From a bacterium CG_4_9_14_3_um_filter_65_15 (GTDB taxonomy: Bacteria > Krumholzibacteriota > Krumholzibacteriia > LZORAL124-64-63): 64,000 nucleotides of DNA. The position numbers and the translations under genes were made by a program. Each line of letters opens with the position of its first letter. Positions within the stretch are counted from its first letter, which is position 1. The stretch is from assembly GCA_002790835.1 (NCBI GenBank), contig PFVX01000079.1:3130-67129 (forward strand). Direction: 5' to 3'. Below are positions 34,603-44,156 of the stretch, in pieces. Below the pieces are notes generated by a model. The model did no database searches. It was not told the DNA's origin and saw nothing but the letters and a program-made list of their open reading frames with translations.

Positions 34603-37600
34603 TTACGGATTCAGGAGCCGCAACAGCTCCCGCACCTCGTAGCCGGCCGCTTTGGCCTTTTGCAACAGCACCGAGCGGGCGTCAAGCAGGGCCACGAAAT
34701 CGACATCCGATTCGTGGGCCAGAGCTGCGGACGTCACCACCTGCAACCAATCATCGAGCCGCTCGGCGGAGAGATAGACTGTTTGCTCGTGCGTGTTGAT
34801 TCCCAGCAATTCCGCCGCCGCCGGGTCGGTCAGGATGTCCGCCAACCAGGAAATTTTTCCCTCAGCCAGGAAACGATAACTGTCTGCATGAGCGGCCAGC
34901 AGGCGAGCAGAAGCCGTGGCCATGGCCGCGGCGTGATCGTGCCCCAGCCAATCCTTCAGGATCGCTCCCATGTCCTCGGTGACCAGGTCCCGGCCCGGTC
35001 CATCCAGGCCGATCTTTTCTGAGCCGGTTGTGCCCAACAGTTCGGCCAGGTAGATGACCTGCAGGCAACGGCTGTGGGGGAGGTTCTCCAGCAGCGCTAT
35101 CAGCTCGGTTCTGGAGCCGCGCCCCAGGCCGACGGGGATCTTCATTCGGGGCAAGGCGCGCAGGTGGGTGGCCAGGGTTACCAGGTTTTCCGGCAGATCG
35201 CGGGGAACCTTGGCGGGCTCCGGTTTCTGGTCGGTGGCTCCGGCGTATTCCAGCCACGCCAGGATCTCCGGCGTCATCCACGTGCGCACCCGGGACAGGA
35301 CCGGATCCAGCTCGCGCCGCAACAATTCCCGTCGCAGGTCCGGTGCACCGCGGCCCTGCAGGGAGTCTGCCAGGTCCGCCCAGCGGCCGGGGTCGCCGTC
35401 CAGGAGGGTCATCTGGATGAAGGCCCGGTACTGGTAACCGTGCAGGTCGGTGTGCAGGCCCTGTTCGCACAGTTCGCGTCCGCCTCGCAGGTATTGCAGG
35501 CCGTCGGCGTGGTCGGTCAGGGCGTACCAGGAAGTGCCGGAGCAATCCAGGCCGAGGGCGCCGGCCAGGGTGACGCTTTGCAGGTCGGGATGGTCGGCGC
35601 TGCCGCGGTTGATGGCGGTGGAGGTGCGGATGCGCCCTGCGGTCCCGTCGTAGGCGTTGTTGTAGATGACCAGGACCCGCTCGGTTCCCGATCCGTTGAC
35701 GAAGGCGAAGACGTTCTCGTCCACCCAGCCGCCTTCGCTTTCGAAATCGAAGAGCGCGAAGTTCTCGGACCCGCTGAACAGGTGGCGCCGGCGCAGCAGC
35801 GGAAAGATCGCGCGCTCGTGCCGGTCGACCATCTCCCGGTCGATCTTTTCGTCCCAGTAGGCCCGGCGGTATTCCATGCCGTATTTCTCGGTGAAGCCCT
35901 CGATCTGGCCGTGCCCGATCATGGGCAGACCGGGCAGGGTGGCCAGCAACACCATGCACCCGAAGTACTTGTCGCCGCGACCGAACTGCTCGACGGCCGT
36001 GCGCTCGTCGGGATTGTTCATGAAGTTGACGAAGCGCTGCAGGATGCCGGGACTGAATTCCAGCACGTTCTTGAGGGTCTGCCTGTACTTCTGGTTGTCC
36101 TCCATCTTGAGCATGTTCATGAAGGCCGAGTTGTAGACGCGGTGCATGCCGAGGGTGCGGACGAAGTAACCCTCCATGAGCCAGAACGCCTCGGCCAGCA
36201 GCAGGGTGTCGGGCGCCTCGGCGGCCACGCGGTCGACGACCTCCCGCCAGAACTCCGCCGGGAAGACCCGGTCGAACTCCTCGCGTGACATGCCGTGTTC
36301 GGCGCGAGAAGGGATGGCGCCGGCGTCGCCGGGCGCAGGGAACCACAGCCGCTGGAAGTGCTTCTTGGCCAAGGTCATGGCCGCGTCGAAACGGATGATG
36401 GGGAAGCGGCGGGCCACGTCCAGAATCACCCGGATGACCGCCTCGCGCACTTGGGGCAACAGGAAGTTGAGCTGGGCGGTGTCGTTCCAGGGCATGCTGG
36501 TTCCGTCGTTGCCGTGGTAGATGTATCGGACCCGACCGGTGTTGTCGTCGCGTCGCTCGAAGACCACCGCGGCGTCGCGCTTGTCCCAGTAGCCGTCCTC
36601 CAGTCGCACCGACACGCCGGGCGATCCGCACAGATCCTCGCAGCCGAAGCGGTAGGCGGGATAGGGCGGATGATCCAGTTGCAGGAAATACTCCGGATGT
36701 TCCACCACCCAGCGGCTGTCGATCCCCATGTGGTTGGGCACCATGTCGCTGGCCAGGCGGATGCCGCGGCGGCCGGCGCGTTCGCTCAGGTTCCGCCAGG
36801 CCTCCTCGCCGCCCAGATCGGAGGCGATGGCGTAGTCGGCCAGGGAGTAGGCGCTGGCGGCCGCGTCGGGATTGCCCAGCCATTGCTTGATGGTACGCGA
36901 GGCGGCCGAGCGTTCCCATAACCCGATGAGCCACAATCCGTTGATCCCCCAGTGGGCCAGGCGGTCCAGCTCCTCGTCCGGGATGTCGGCGAGGGTTCGC
37001 AGCGGTCGTCCGTACCACTTGGAGAGCTGATCCAACCAGACGGAGACGCTCTTGGCCATGAGCACGACATTGGCCATCCAGTCGGCGTCGCGGCTGAAGG
37101 CCTCGGGTTCGTCACGCGCCGGCCCCGGGCCGAACTCCAGCACGGGCGCGGGCCCCGGCTCGCCCCCGCGGGCGACATCGACTTCCTGCAACACGTCCAG
37201 GGCGAACTGCAGCCTCTCGCGCAACTCGTCCGGCAGCAGGTGGGCCCAGTGATCCCGGATCCAGGCGAGCTGGCCGGCCAGGGAGTCGGGGCTCGCCAGC
37301 AGCGGAGCACGCAGCAGGTGCGGCAGCGAAACGCCCTCGGTGCCGACGACCTCGAACTCGGTCAGGTACTTTTCCAGCCCGGTCACGAAGGGCAGGTACG
37401 AGACCCGGCGGCGCAGCTCCCCGTCGTGGAACAGGTGCTCGGCCTCCGCCGCGGCGGGGTTGTTGACGTTCAGGAACAACAGGAACATTTCCAGCGCGGC
37501 GAGGTCCCGCCCGTTGAGGTCGTCCAGGGCGCCGGCAAGGAACTGTTCGCCGGTCAGGTCCGCGCGCTTGACCTCCAGGGGCGGGAACAGGTCGACGAAG

Positions 37601-37956
37601 GTCGTCATGACGGCGTCGACCGCGTCGGGTCCCAGCCGCTGGGTGGCCCACTGGCGACAGCGGCTCAGGCCGCCGGGGTTCTCGATGCGGAAATAGCGCA
37701 GGGCGACCCACTTCAGCACCTGATTCAGGGTGCGCAGGGCGAGAAGCGTTTCGGCGTGGGTGGGCGGCCGGCCGGCCGTCTTGCGGCCGGCATCGTCGTT
37801 GACCGCCGCGGCCAGTTTGCGGATGGCGTACGCCGCCGCTCCGTCCTGCTCCTTTCCCGGAACCAGGGAGGCGATGCCGTACCGCAGCCAGGCCTGATCC
37901 GCCAGGGGAAAGTCGAACACGAAATACTTTGGCGCAGAACGAGTTGGGTCCGCCAT
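34603..37956 (-). CDS. Large multidomain GH13 (alpha-amylase family) glycoside hydrolase
   Basis: The GH13 conserved regions DMVPNHMG, IIRFDAAMTLAKKH (catalytic Asp), EAFW and NNPDERT are present. The start ATG at 37956 is uncertain (an alternative is at 38007). The ORF-track ORF extends to 39426 only as antisense of the neighbouring gene. Confidence 0.7.
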   Translation of the reverse strand: MADPTRSAPKYFVFDFPLADQAWLRYGIASLVPGKEQDGAAAYAIRKLAAAVNDDAGRKTAGRPPTHAETLLALRTLNQVLKWVALRYFRIENPGGLSRCRQWATQRLGPDAVDAVMTTFVDLFPPLEVKRADLTGEQFLAGALDDLNGRDLAALEMFLLFLNVNNPAAAEAEHLFHDGELRRRVSYLPFVTGLEKYLTEFEVVGTEGVSLPHLLRAPLLASPDSLAGQLAWIRDHWAHLLPDELRERLQFALDVLQEVDVARGGEPGPAPVLEFGPGPARDEPEAFSRDADWMANVVLMAKSVSVWLDQLSKWYGRPLRTLADIPDEELDRLAHWGINGLWLIGLWERSAASRTIKQWLGNPDAAASAYSLADYAIASDLGGEEAWRNLSERAGRRGIRLASDMVPNHMGIDSRWVVEHPEYFLQLDHPPYPAYRFGCEDLCGSPGVSVRLEDGYWDKRDAAVVFERRDDNTGRVRYIYHGNDGTSMPWNDTAQLNFLLPQVREAVIRVILDVARRFPIIRFDAAMTLAKKHFQRLWFPAPGDAGAIPSRAEHGMSREEFDRVFPAEFWREVVDRVAAEAPDTLLLAEAFWLMEGYFVRTLGMHRVYNSAFMNMLKMEDNQKYRQTLKNVLEFSPGILQRFVNFMNNPDERTAVEQFGRGDKYFGCMVLLATLPGLPMIGHGQIEGFTEKYGMEYRRAYWDEKIDREMVDRHERAIFPLLRRRHLFSGSENFALFDFESEGGWVDENVFAFVNGSGTERVLVIYNNAYDGTAGRIRTSTAINRGSADHPDLQSVTLAGALGLDCSGTSWYALTDHADGLQYLRGGRELCEQGLHTDLHGYQYRAFIQMTLLDGDPGRWADLADSLQGRGAPDLRRELLRRELDPVLSRVRTWMTPEILAWLEYAGATDQKPEPAKVPRDLPENLVTLATHLRALPRMKIPVGLGRGSRTELIALLENLPHSRCLQVIYLAELLGTTGSEKIGLDGPGRDLVTEDMGAILKDWLGHDHAAAMATASARLLAAHADSYRFLAEGKISWLADILTDPAAAELLGINTHEQTVYLSAERLDDWLQVVTSAALAHESDVDFVALLDARSVLLQKAKAAGYEVRELLRLLNP

Positions 37957-38055
37957 GGAACAAAGATCCCTTCGGTCGTGCTTCCCTCGAGAGGTCGCAT
38001 CCATTATCGTTGGGTTTTCGCAGATGGCAAGATCACACTGGGCAAGGAGCGCGTC

Positions 38056-39846
38056 GTGAAGAAGATGATCCGGATCGGCAACGCCGGGGGATATTGGGGC
38101 GATGACATGGATGCCTTGCGCCGACAGCTCGTCGGCGGCCCTCTCGACTACATCACCATGGATTTTTTGGCCGAGATCACCATGTCGATCCTGCGCAAGC
38201 AACAGCTGCAGAATCCCGAGCTCGGCTACGCCCGCGATTTCCTGACCCAGCTGGAAACCTGCCTGCCCCTGATCGTCGAGAAGAAAGTGCGGGTCATCAA
38301 CAATGCCGGCGGCATGAATCCGGTCGGGCTGGGCCGGAAGATCCGTGCCATGGCACGCCGCATGGAGCTGGACCTGAAAGTGGGCGTGGTCTACGGGGAC
38401 GACATCAGCAATCGTCTGTACGAATTGACGGCCGCGGGTGAGAAGTTCACCAACATGGAGACCGGCGAAGCCTTCACCGGAGTGCGCAACCGCGTCACCT
38501 CGGCCAACGTGTATCTGGGGGCCGAACCGGTGGTCGCGGCCCTCGACGCCGGGTGCGACATCATCGTCACCGGTCGGGTCACCGACACCGGGATCACCCT
38601 GGCGCCCATGATCCACGAATTCGGCTGGTCCATGACCGACTGGGACAAGATGGCGGCGGGGATTATCGCCGGCCACATCATCGAGTGCGGCGCCCAGGGC
38701 AGCGGGGGAAACATCACCGACTGGCAGGAAGTCCCCTCCTTCGACAACATGGGCTATCCCATCATCGAGATGCAGCGCGACGGCGATTTCCGCGTCACCA
38801 AGCACAAGCGCACCGGCGGCCTGGTGAGCGAGAAATCCGTCAAGGAGCAGCTCGTCTACGAGATGGGGGATCCGGGGCAGTACATTTCGCCGGACGGGGT
38901 GGCGTTCTTCAACACCATCGAGGTCAAGCAGGACGGAAAGGACCGGGTACGGGTCAGCGGTGCGCGCGGCGGACCGGCGCCCTCCTCGTTCAAGGTGTCG
39001 ATGGCCTTTCAGGACGGCTGGAAAGCGGAGGGGGAGATTCTGCTCTGCGGACCGAACATCGAGGACAAGGCCGAAACGGTGGCGGAAACATTCTGGCGCA
39101 AGGTGGGCCACGAGTTCGAAGACACCGCCACCGCAATGGTGGGTGCGGGCTCCATCTGGCCGGATCGGCTCGCCGATTACAGCCCCCACGAGATCTTCCT
39201 GCGCTTCGGGGTCCGCGACCACGACGTGTCCAAGGTCCAGGATTTCGGTAAGACCCTGCCGGCCATGATCCTGGCCGGGCCTTCGGGCATGGCGGCCAGC
39301 ACCCGGGGGCGCCCCCGGCCTCAGCAGGTGGTCTCCTACTGGCCGGCTCTCATGCGCCGCGACGGAGTCTCGGCCAAGGTGCTGACCCTGGGCACGGACT
39401 GCAGCGAGAAGTTCCAGGAGATCCACTTTCCGGTGCGCGGCGAGGTTGATGAGCCCGTGGCCAACCGGATCAGCCGGCGGCCTGTCCGTCGCGATTGGCC
39501 GGCCTCGACAACCGAGGTGCCCCTGAGCCGATTGTGTTACGCGAGGAGCGGGGACAAGGGGGATACCTGCAACATCGGCGTCCTGGCCCGTTCTCCCGGG
39601 GCCTACGAATGGCTGCGGGGATTTCTGACGGCGGGCCGGATCAAGCGTTACTTCGGGGCCAAGGTGCGGGGCAAGGTCACGCGCTACGAACTCGACAACC
39701 TCCAGGGTTTGAACTTCCTGCTGGCCGGGGCCCTCGGTGGTGGCGGAACCACCAGCCTGCTGGTCGATCCCCAGGGAAAAACCATGAGCCAGGCTCTCTT
39801 GCAGATGAAGGTCCGGGCGCCGCGCGCCCTGCTCAGAGGGTTGTGA
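38056..39846 (+). CDS. AtuA-like (acyclic terpene utilisation; DUF1446 plus DUF4387) protein
   Basis: MIRIGNAGGYWGDD...DYITMDFLAEITMSIL...IVTGRVTDTGI, and the C-terminal LCYARSGDKGDTCNIGVLARS. The GTG start has an AAGGAG ribosome-binding site 6 nt upstream. Confidence 0.7.
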   Translation: MKKMIRIGNAGGYWGDDMDALRRQLVGGPLDYITMDFLAEITMSILRKQQLQNPELGYARDFLTQLETCLPLIVEKKVRVINNAGGMNPVGLGRKIRAMARRMELDLKVGVVYGDDISNRLYELTAAGEKFTNMETGEAFTGVRNRVTSANVYLGAEPVVAALDAGCDIIVTGRVTDTGITLAPMIHEFGWSMTDWDKMAAGIIAGHIIECGAQGSGGNITDWQEVPSFDNMGYPIIEMQRDGDFRVTKHKRTGGLVSEKSVKEQLVYEMGDPGQYISPDGVAFFNTIEVKQDGKDRVRVSGARGGPAPSSFKVSMAFQDGWKAEGEILLCGPNIEDKAETVAETFWRKVGHEFEDTATAMVGAGSIWPDRLADYSPHEIFLRFGVRDHDVSKVQDFGKTLPAMILAGPSGMAASTRGRPRPQQVVSYWPALMRRDGVSAKVLTLGTDCSEKFQEIHFPVRGEVDEPVANRISRRPVRRDWPASTTEVPLSRLCYARSGDKGDTCNIGVLARSPGAYEWLRGFLTAGRIKRYFGAKVRGKVTRYELDNLQGLNFLLAGALGGGGTTSLLVDPQGKTMSQALLQMKVRAPRALLRGL

Positions 39847-39871
39847 AAATCAAAAAATTCCACATAATAAC

Positions 39872-39900
39872 TTGAATTCAGCGTTTCATTGGGGTATAAG
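39872..39900 (+). promoter_or_regulatory. Sigma70-like promoter TTGAAT-17-TATAAG in an AT-rich intergenic region
   Basis: cttgaattcagcgtttcattggggtataag. It lies 85 nt upstream of the secreted-protein gene, with a GGAGGT ribosome-binding site at 39975. Confidence 0.5.
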
Positions 39901-39985
39901 TTAAGGGAATTCCATCCTGGGAATCGCCCGCCCGGGAGGAAGCAACGTGCCGCACAACCCTGCCTTTATTCTCCGGAGGTACTCC

Positions 39986-40678
39986 ATGAAGCGCTTTGCC
40001 CTCGTTACCGCCCTCCTGCTCGTGGCCCTGGGCGCCCAGACCGTGGTGGCCGCGGTCGCCCCCACCATCTACGACATCCAGAACGGTGTGTACGCCGCCG
40101 GCGACACCCTGACCGTGACCGGGACCGTCGTTGCTGTCCGTTACAACGGCATCTGGGTGGCCGAGGCTCCCTTCGGCGCCTACAACGGGATCTGGGTCTA
40201 CATGGGTTCGACCACCAACGTGCCCGGTGATATCGTCGATGTGACCGGAGTCTATTCCGAGTACTACGGCCTGACGGAGTTGGCCGCCATCACCGACGGT
40301 GTGGTCACAACCGGAACCGGCCCCGTGCCCGCCCCCACCGTGCTGGACGCAGCCACCCTTACGGCCGATCCCGAGCCCTGGGAAAGCTGCGCCGTCACCA
40401 TTTCCGACGGCATGCACGTCACCGAGACCAGCGATGTCCTGGGCCATGGTTACTGGACCTGCCAGATGACCAACGGCACCGTGGTCAACTTCGACGACTA
40501 TTTCTACGATGACACCACCGTGCTCCTGGGCCAGTGCTACAACAACGCCACCGGGATCTGGGAGTACACCTGGAGCGCATTCCGCATGGAACCCTACGTG
40601 GACGGGTATCCCCTGGTGGACTGCGTGGTGGATGACCAAGAGGTCAGCTTCGGCGACGTGAAGTCCCTGTTCCGTTAG
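39986..40678 (+). CDS. Secreted hypothetical protein (Thr/Gly/Val-rich beta-rich domain)
   Basis: Signal peptide MKRFALVTALLLVALGAQTVVAA. No motif recognised. Confidence 0.5.
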   Translation: MKRFALVTALLLVALGAQTVVAAVAPTIYDIQNGVYAAGDTLTVTGTVVAVRYNGIWVAEAPFGAYNGIWVYMGSTTNVPGDIVDVTGVYSEYYGLTELAAITDGVVTTGTGPVPAPTVLDAATLTADPEPWESCAVTISDGMHVTETSDVLGHGYWTCQMTNGTVVNFDDYFYDDTTVLLGQCYNNATGIWEYTWSAFRMEPYVDGYPLVDCVVDDQEVSFGDVKSLFR

Positions 40679-40817
40679 GATCCGCCCTTGCGACGGATGG
40701 AGGCCCGGCCCTCGTGGTCGGGCCTTCTTCTTGCCGAGGGCTTTGCCGGGCGGCGGAGAGATTTCCTGTTGAGTCCTCAGCGGCGACCCTTCAGAATCCG
40801 GCCCCGAAAGGGGAATC

Positions 40818-41507
40818 ATGCCGCCCGTCGCATTTCTGATCGTCCTGATCGCCATTGCCGCATTCGGGATCTACTCCTGGCGCCAGGACCAGAAGCGCCG
40901 GGAGGCCTTGATAGCCTGGGCCGCGGGCCGCCGCTGGCGCTTTATGCGGCATGGAATCACCGGCCTGGGCTCCCGGTATCCCGGGATCAAACTCTTCGAT
41001 CGAGGACATTCCCGGAGCAACGGCAACGCCGTCAACGGCGAGATGAACGGACACCCCGTGCTGTGCCTGGACTACAAGTACGTCACGGGCCACGGCAAGA
41101 ATCGCTCCACCCATCGCTTCGGCGTGGCGATTCTGGAAACGGGTTTCCCGACCATCCCGCTGCAGATCCGCCGGGAGAATCCCCTCGACAAGGTGGGCGA
41201 GTTCTTCGGCCGAGACGACATCGATTTCGAATCGGCGGAGTTCAGCCGCCGCTTCCACGTCACCTCCGCCGACCCCAAGTGGGCCTATGACGTCATCCAT
41301 GCCCGGACCATGGAATACCTGATGGATGCCCCCTCCGTGGCCATCGAATTCGGCATGGGCGAGATTGCCGTCTATCGCAGCGGCCGCAACGCGCCCTCGG
41401 ATCACGAGACGTGCCTGGTGGTGGCGCGCAAGTTGCTGGACGCGGTGCCGGATTACGTCGTCAAGCAGATGCGGGGGGATCCCGCCAGAGGATTCGAGCG
41501 GACCTGA
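40818..41507 (+). CDS. Membrane-anchored hypothetical protein (one N-terminal transmembrane helix), upstream partner of LemA
   Basis: MPPVAFLIVLIAIAAFGIYSW then a soluble domain. It sits directly upstream of lemA. Confidence 0.45.
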   Translation: MPPVAFLIVLIAIAAFGIYSWRQDQKRREALIAWAAGRRWRFMRHGITGLGSRYPGIKLFDRGHSRSNGNAVNGEMNGHPVLCLDYKYVTGHGKNRSTHRFGVAILETGFPTIPLQIRRENPLDKVGEFFGRDDIDFESAEFSRRFHVTSADPKWAYDVIHARTMEYLMDAPSVAIEFGMGEIAVYRSGRNAPSDHETCLVVARKLLDAVPDYVVKQMRGDPARGFERT

Positions 41508-41564
41508 CCCAGGGGGATCTTTCCGGCCGTGTCGGGATGACAATCATAACCCGAAAGGAATCCC

Positions 41565-42137
41565 ATGCTCGCATACGTGTTGATCGCCTCGGCGGTGGTG
41601 CTGATCTGGGCGGCGCTGAACTACAACCTGCTGGTGCGCATCCGGCAGCAGGTCGCCGAATCCTGGTCCAACATCGACACCGAACTCAAGCGCCGGTACG
41701 ACCTGATCCCCAACCTTGTCGAGGCGGTCAAGGGTTATGCCTCCCACGAGCGCACGACCCTCGAGGCGGTGGTCGCCGCCAGGGATCGTGCCCGCAACAG
41801 CACGGGGTCGCCCGCCAGCCAGGCCGCCGACGAGAAGTCCCTGGTGGAAAGCATGCAGAAACTGCTGGCGGTTGCCGAGGCCTATCCCGACCTTAAGGCC
41901 AGCGAGAATTTTCTGGCCCTGCAGCTGGAACTGGCCAACACGGAGGACCGGATCCAGGCGGCCCGTCGGTTCTACAACGCCAACGTGCGCGACCTGAACA
42001 CCCGCATCGAGGTCTTTCCCTCGAACCTCATCGCGTCCCTGTTCCACTTCCGTCCCGCCGAGTTCTTCGAAGTGGAATCGGCGGTCGTGCGCAAGGTCGT
42101 CGACGTATCGTTCAATCCCGCCGGAGACGAAGCATGA
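41565..42137 (+). CDS. lemA: LemA family protein
   Basis: One N-terminal transmembrane helix, then NYNLLVRIRQQVAESWSNIDTELKRRYDLIPNLV...LQLELANTEDRIQAARRFYNANVRDLNTRIEVFPSN. Confidence 0.85.
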   Translation: MLAYVLIASAVVLIWAALNYNLLVRIRQQVAESWSNIDTELKRRYDLIPNLVEAVKGYASHERTTLEAVVAARDRARNSTGSPASQAADEKSLVESMQKLLAVAEAYPDLKASENFLALQLELANTEDRIQAARRFYNANVRDLNTRIEVFPSNLIASLFHFRPAEFFEVESAVVRKVVDVSFNPAGDEA

Positions 42138-44080
42138 CCCGACACTGGCCCTTTTACACCCCCTTCGCCCGCAAGGCCGAGGAGTTCGTCGTCGATGCCG
42201 GACTTGCCCGCGAGGCGGGCCTGCAGGAATGGGCGAAGGCCTTCCAGCTGGGCACCGCCGGCTACCGCGACCTGCTGGACCCCGAGAACCTGTTCAATCT
42301 CTCGGTGCCTTTCAACGCCCTGACCATGGCGGTGGTGCTGGCCGCGAGGGCCGACCTGGCGGTCGAGCACGGGCTGGCCTCCCTGCACGTGGGCGGCGAG
42401 GTCCGGCCCCACACGCAGGAATTCATCGACCTGGCGGCGCGCATCTACGCGGCCCGGGGCATCACCGTGCATCTGCGGCCCGAGGGCGTGCGCACCACGC
42501 CGATCTGGCTTTCGTCCTTCGGCGTCTTTCACCGGGAACTGGACGGGGGGGAGAACTTCACCGCCAGCCACAGCCAGAGCTACAAAGGCGGTTGGAAACC
42601 CATGGACGCCAGCGGGGGACAGCTGCTGGAAATGGCCGGTCAGGTGGCCGACCGGGTCCGCACCCTGGTGGATACGGCCCTGCGCGACGGACTGGCCATC
42701 AATCTGGCGTCCTCCCATGACGACCTGATCCGGCGCGATTTCGACCCTTTGGCGGCCTATGTCGATTACCTGCGACTGGTCGTGCCCCCGACCCTGCTGG
42801 CCGGGTTGCCGGCGGCCTTCGACGCGGGATTTCGGGCGGGATTCTGCACCGAAGGGGGCTCCATGGGGGCCGCGGCCAACGCGATCTTCGGGGCCCTGGA
42901 GATCCCGGTGGGGGAGGATGAGCCCGTCTTCCTGACCCACGAACAGGAGAATACCGGTTACCACGGCATCGGGATCTTTGAGGGCGTGAATTACGGCGTC
43001 GACCCGGGCAAATGGCAGGTCTACAAGAACGTGGGCGCCCAGGAGCTGCTGGCCGCAGGGCGCTGCCACGTGTTCTTCATCTGGGATCCGGACGGTGACC
43101 GCTTCAACATGGTGACGGTTGCCCCGGTCGACCTGGCGCAGACCGCGGAGGCCGCCGGCCTGGAAGTCGATCCCCTGGACGACGACCGCTGCCTGGTGTT
43201 CTTCAAACCGAACCAGATCTACTTCATGCTCACCGGTCTGAAGATCGACTCCCTGCGCGCGGCGGGCGAGCTCGACCGCTACGACTGGATCGTGGCCACG
43301 ACCTTTCCCACCAGCCTGAGCATCGGGGAGATGGCCCAGAGGGAAGGCGGCCTGAAGACCTTCCGGGTACCGGTGGGGTTCAAGCACTTCGCCGCCCTGG
43401 TGCGGGATCTCGAAGGGCAGATCGCTACGGGCCGCCCGAACTGTGCGGCCACCGACGTGACGAGGCAGACCACCGAATTCGGTCCGCGGCCCCGCTTGCT
43501 GATGATGGCCGAGGAGAGCGGCGGCGCGGCCCTGGGGCCGCCCGAACCGATCAGCAGCTGCTCGGGCGCCCGCACGAGCCTGGCGCCCAAGGAGAAGGAC
43601 GGCATGCAGATCGGGGTCATGGCCCTGTGCCTGGCCGCGCGCCTGCATCGCGACGGGGGCAGTTTCGCCGGTTACTACCTGGAGTTGCTGGATCGCTGCG
43701 GCACGAGCTACCGCTTCTACGAGCGCAAGGACGTGACCCTGTTCGACGAGTCCCTGCAGGGTGAGGCCCGGAGCACGGCCCATGCCGCGGGCAACCGCCG
43801 CAAGGAAGCCACCGTGGCCTGGTTTTCCGCACTGGAGAAGATGACGCCCGCTGAAGCGACCCGGCACCTGGTCGCGGCGCTGCCGGACGGGGTCGAGCTG
43901 CCGCCGTTGCGGCGCGCCTTCGGTGCCGGGGACGGCACCTACCTCGAATTCGACGGGCAGTGGTTCGAACTGCGGGCTTCGGGCACCGACGCGGTGTTGC
44001 GGTACTACATGGAAGGCCGTGATCGGGATCAGGTATCGGCCCTCAACACCGCTTTTACCCAGCTGGAAATCGAGGGTTAG
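42134..44080 (+). CDS. Alpha-D-phosphohexomutase-family (phosphoglucomutase/phosphomannomutase-like) protein
   Basis: The TASHSQ phosphoserine-loop-like motif is present. The protein is 648 aa. The call is moderate. Its start overlaps the lemA stop. Confidence 0.45.
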   Translation: MTRHWPFYTPFARKAEEFVVDAGLAREAGLQEWAKAFQLGTAGYRDLLDPENLFNLSVPFNALTMAVVLAARADLAVEHGLASLHVGGEVRPHTQEFIDLAARIYAARGITVHLRPEGVRTTPIWLSSFGVFHRELDGGENFTASHSQSYKGGWKPMDASGGQLLEMAGQVADRVRTLVDTALRDGLAINLASSHDDLIRRDFDPLAAYVDYLRLVVPPTLLAGLPAAFDAGFRAGFCTEGGSMGAAANAIFGALEIPVGEDEPVFLTHEQENTGYHGIGIFEGVNYGVDPGKWQVYKNVGAQELLAAGRCHVFFIWDPDGDRFNMVTVAPVDLAQTAEAAGLEVDPLDDDRCLVFFKPNQIYFMLTGLKIDSLRAAGELDRYDWIVATTFPTSLSIGEMAQREGGLKTFRVPVGFKHFAALVRDLEGQIATGRPNCAATDVTRQTTEFGPRPRLLMMAEESGGAALGPPEPISSCSGARTSLAPKEKDGMQIGVMALCLAARLHRDGGSFAGYYLELLDRCGTSYRFYERKDVTLFDESLQGEARSTAHAAGNRRKEATVAWFSALEKMTPAEATRHLVAALPDGVELPPLRRAFGAGDGTYLEFDGQWFELRASGTDAVLRYYMEGRDRDQVSALNTAFTQLEIEG

Positions 44081-44095
44081 ATCCCGGGTCCTATC

Positions 44096-44129
44096 GCAGC
44101 GGCCGCCTCCCGTGGGAAGCGGCCGCTGC
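44096..44129. terminator. GC-rich hairpin (11-bp perfect stem GCAGCGGCCGC / GCGGCCGCTGC, extendable to about 16 bp) between convergent genes
   Basis: Seen directly in the sequence. There is no clear U-tract, so it may be a bidirectional terminator or an RNA-stability element. Confidence 0.5.
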
Positions 44130-44156
44130 TTGGCGCTTGGGGGGTGCCCATGGCGC

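Noticed and set aside
37957-39426. 5' 490-aa extension of the 1607-aa minus-strand ORF (34603..39426)
   Set aside because: This part is antisense to the AtuA-like gene and has no recognisable domains. The GH13 gene is called from the internal ATG at 37956.
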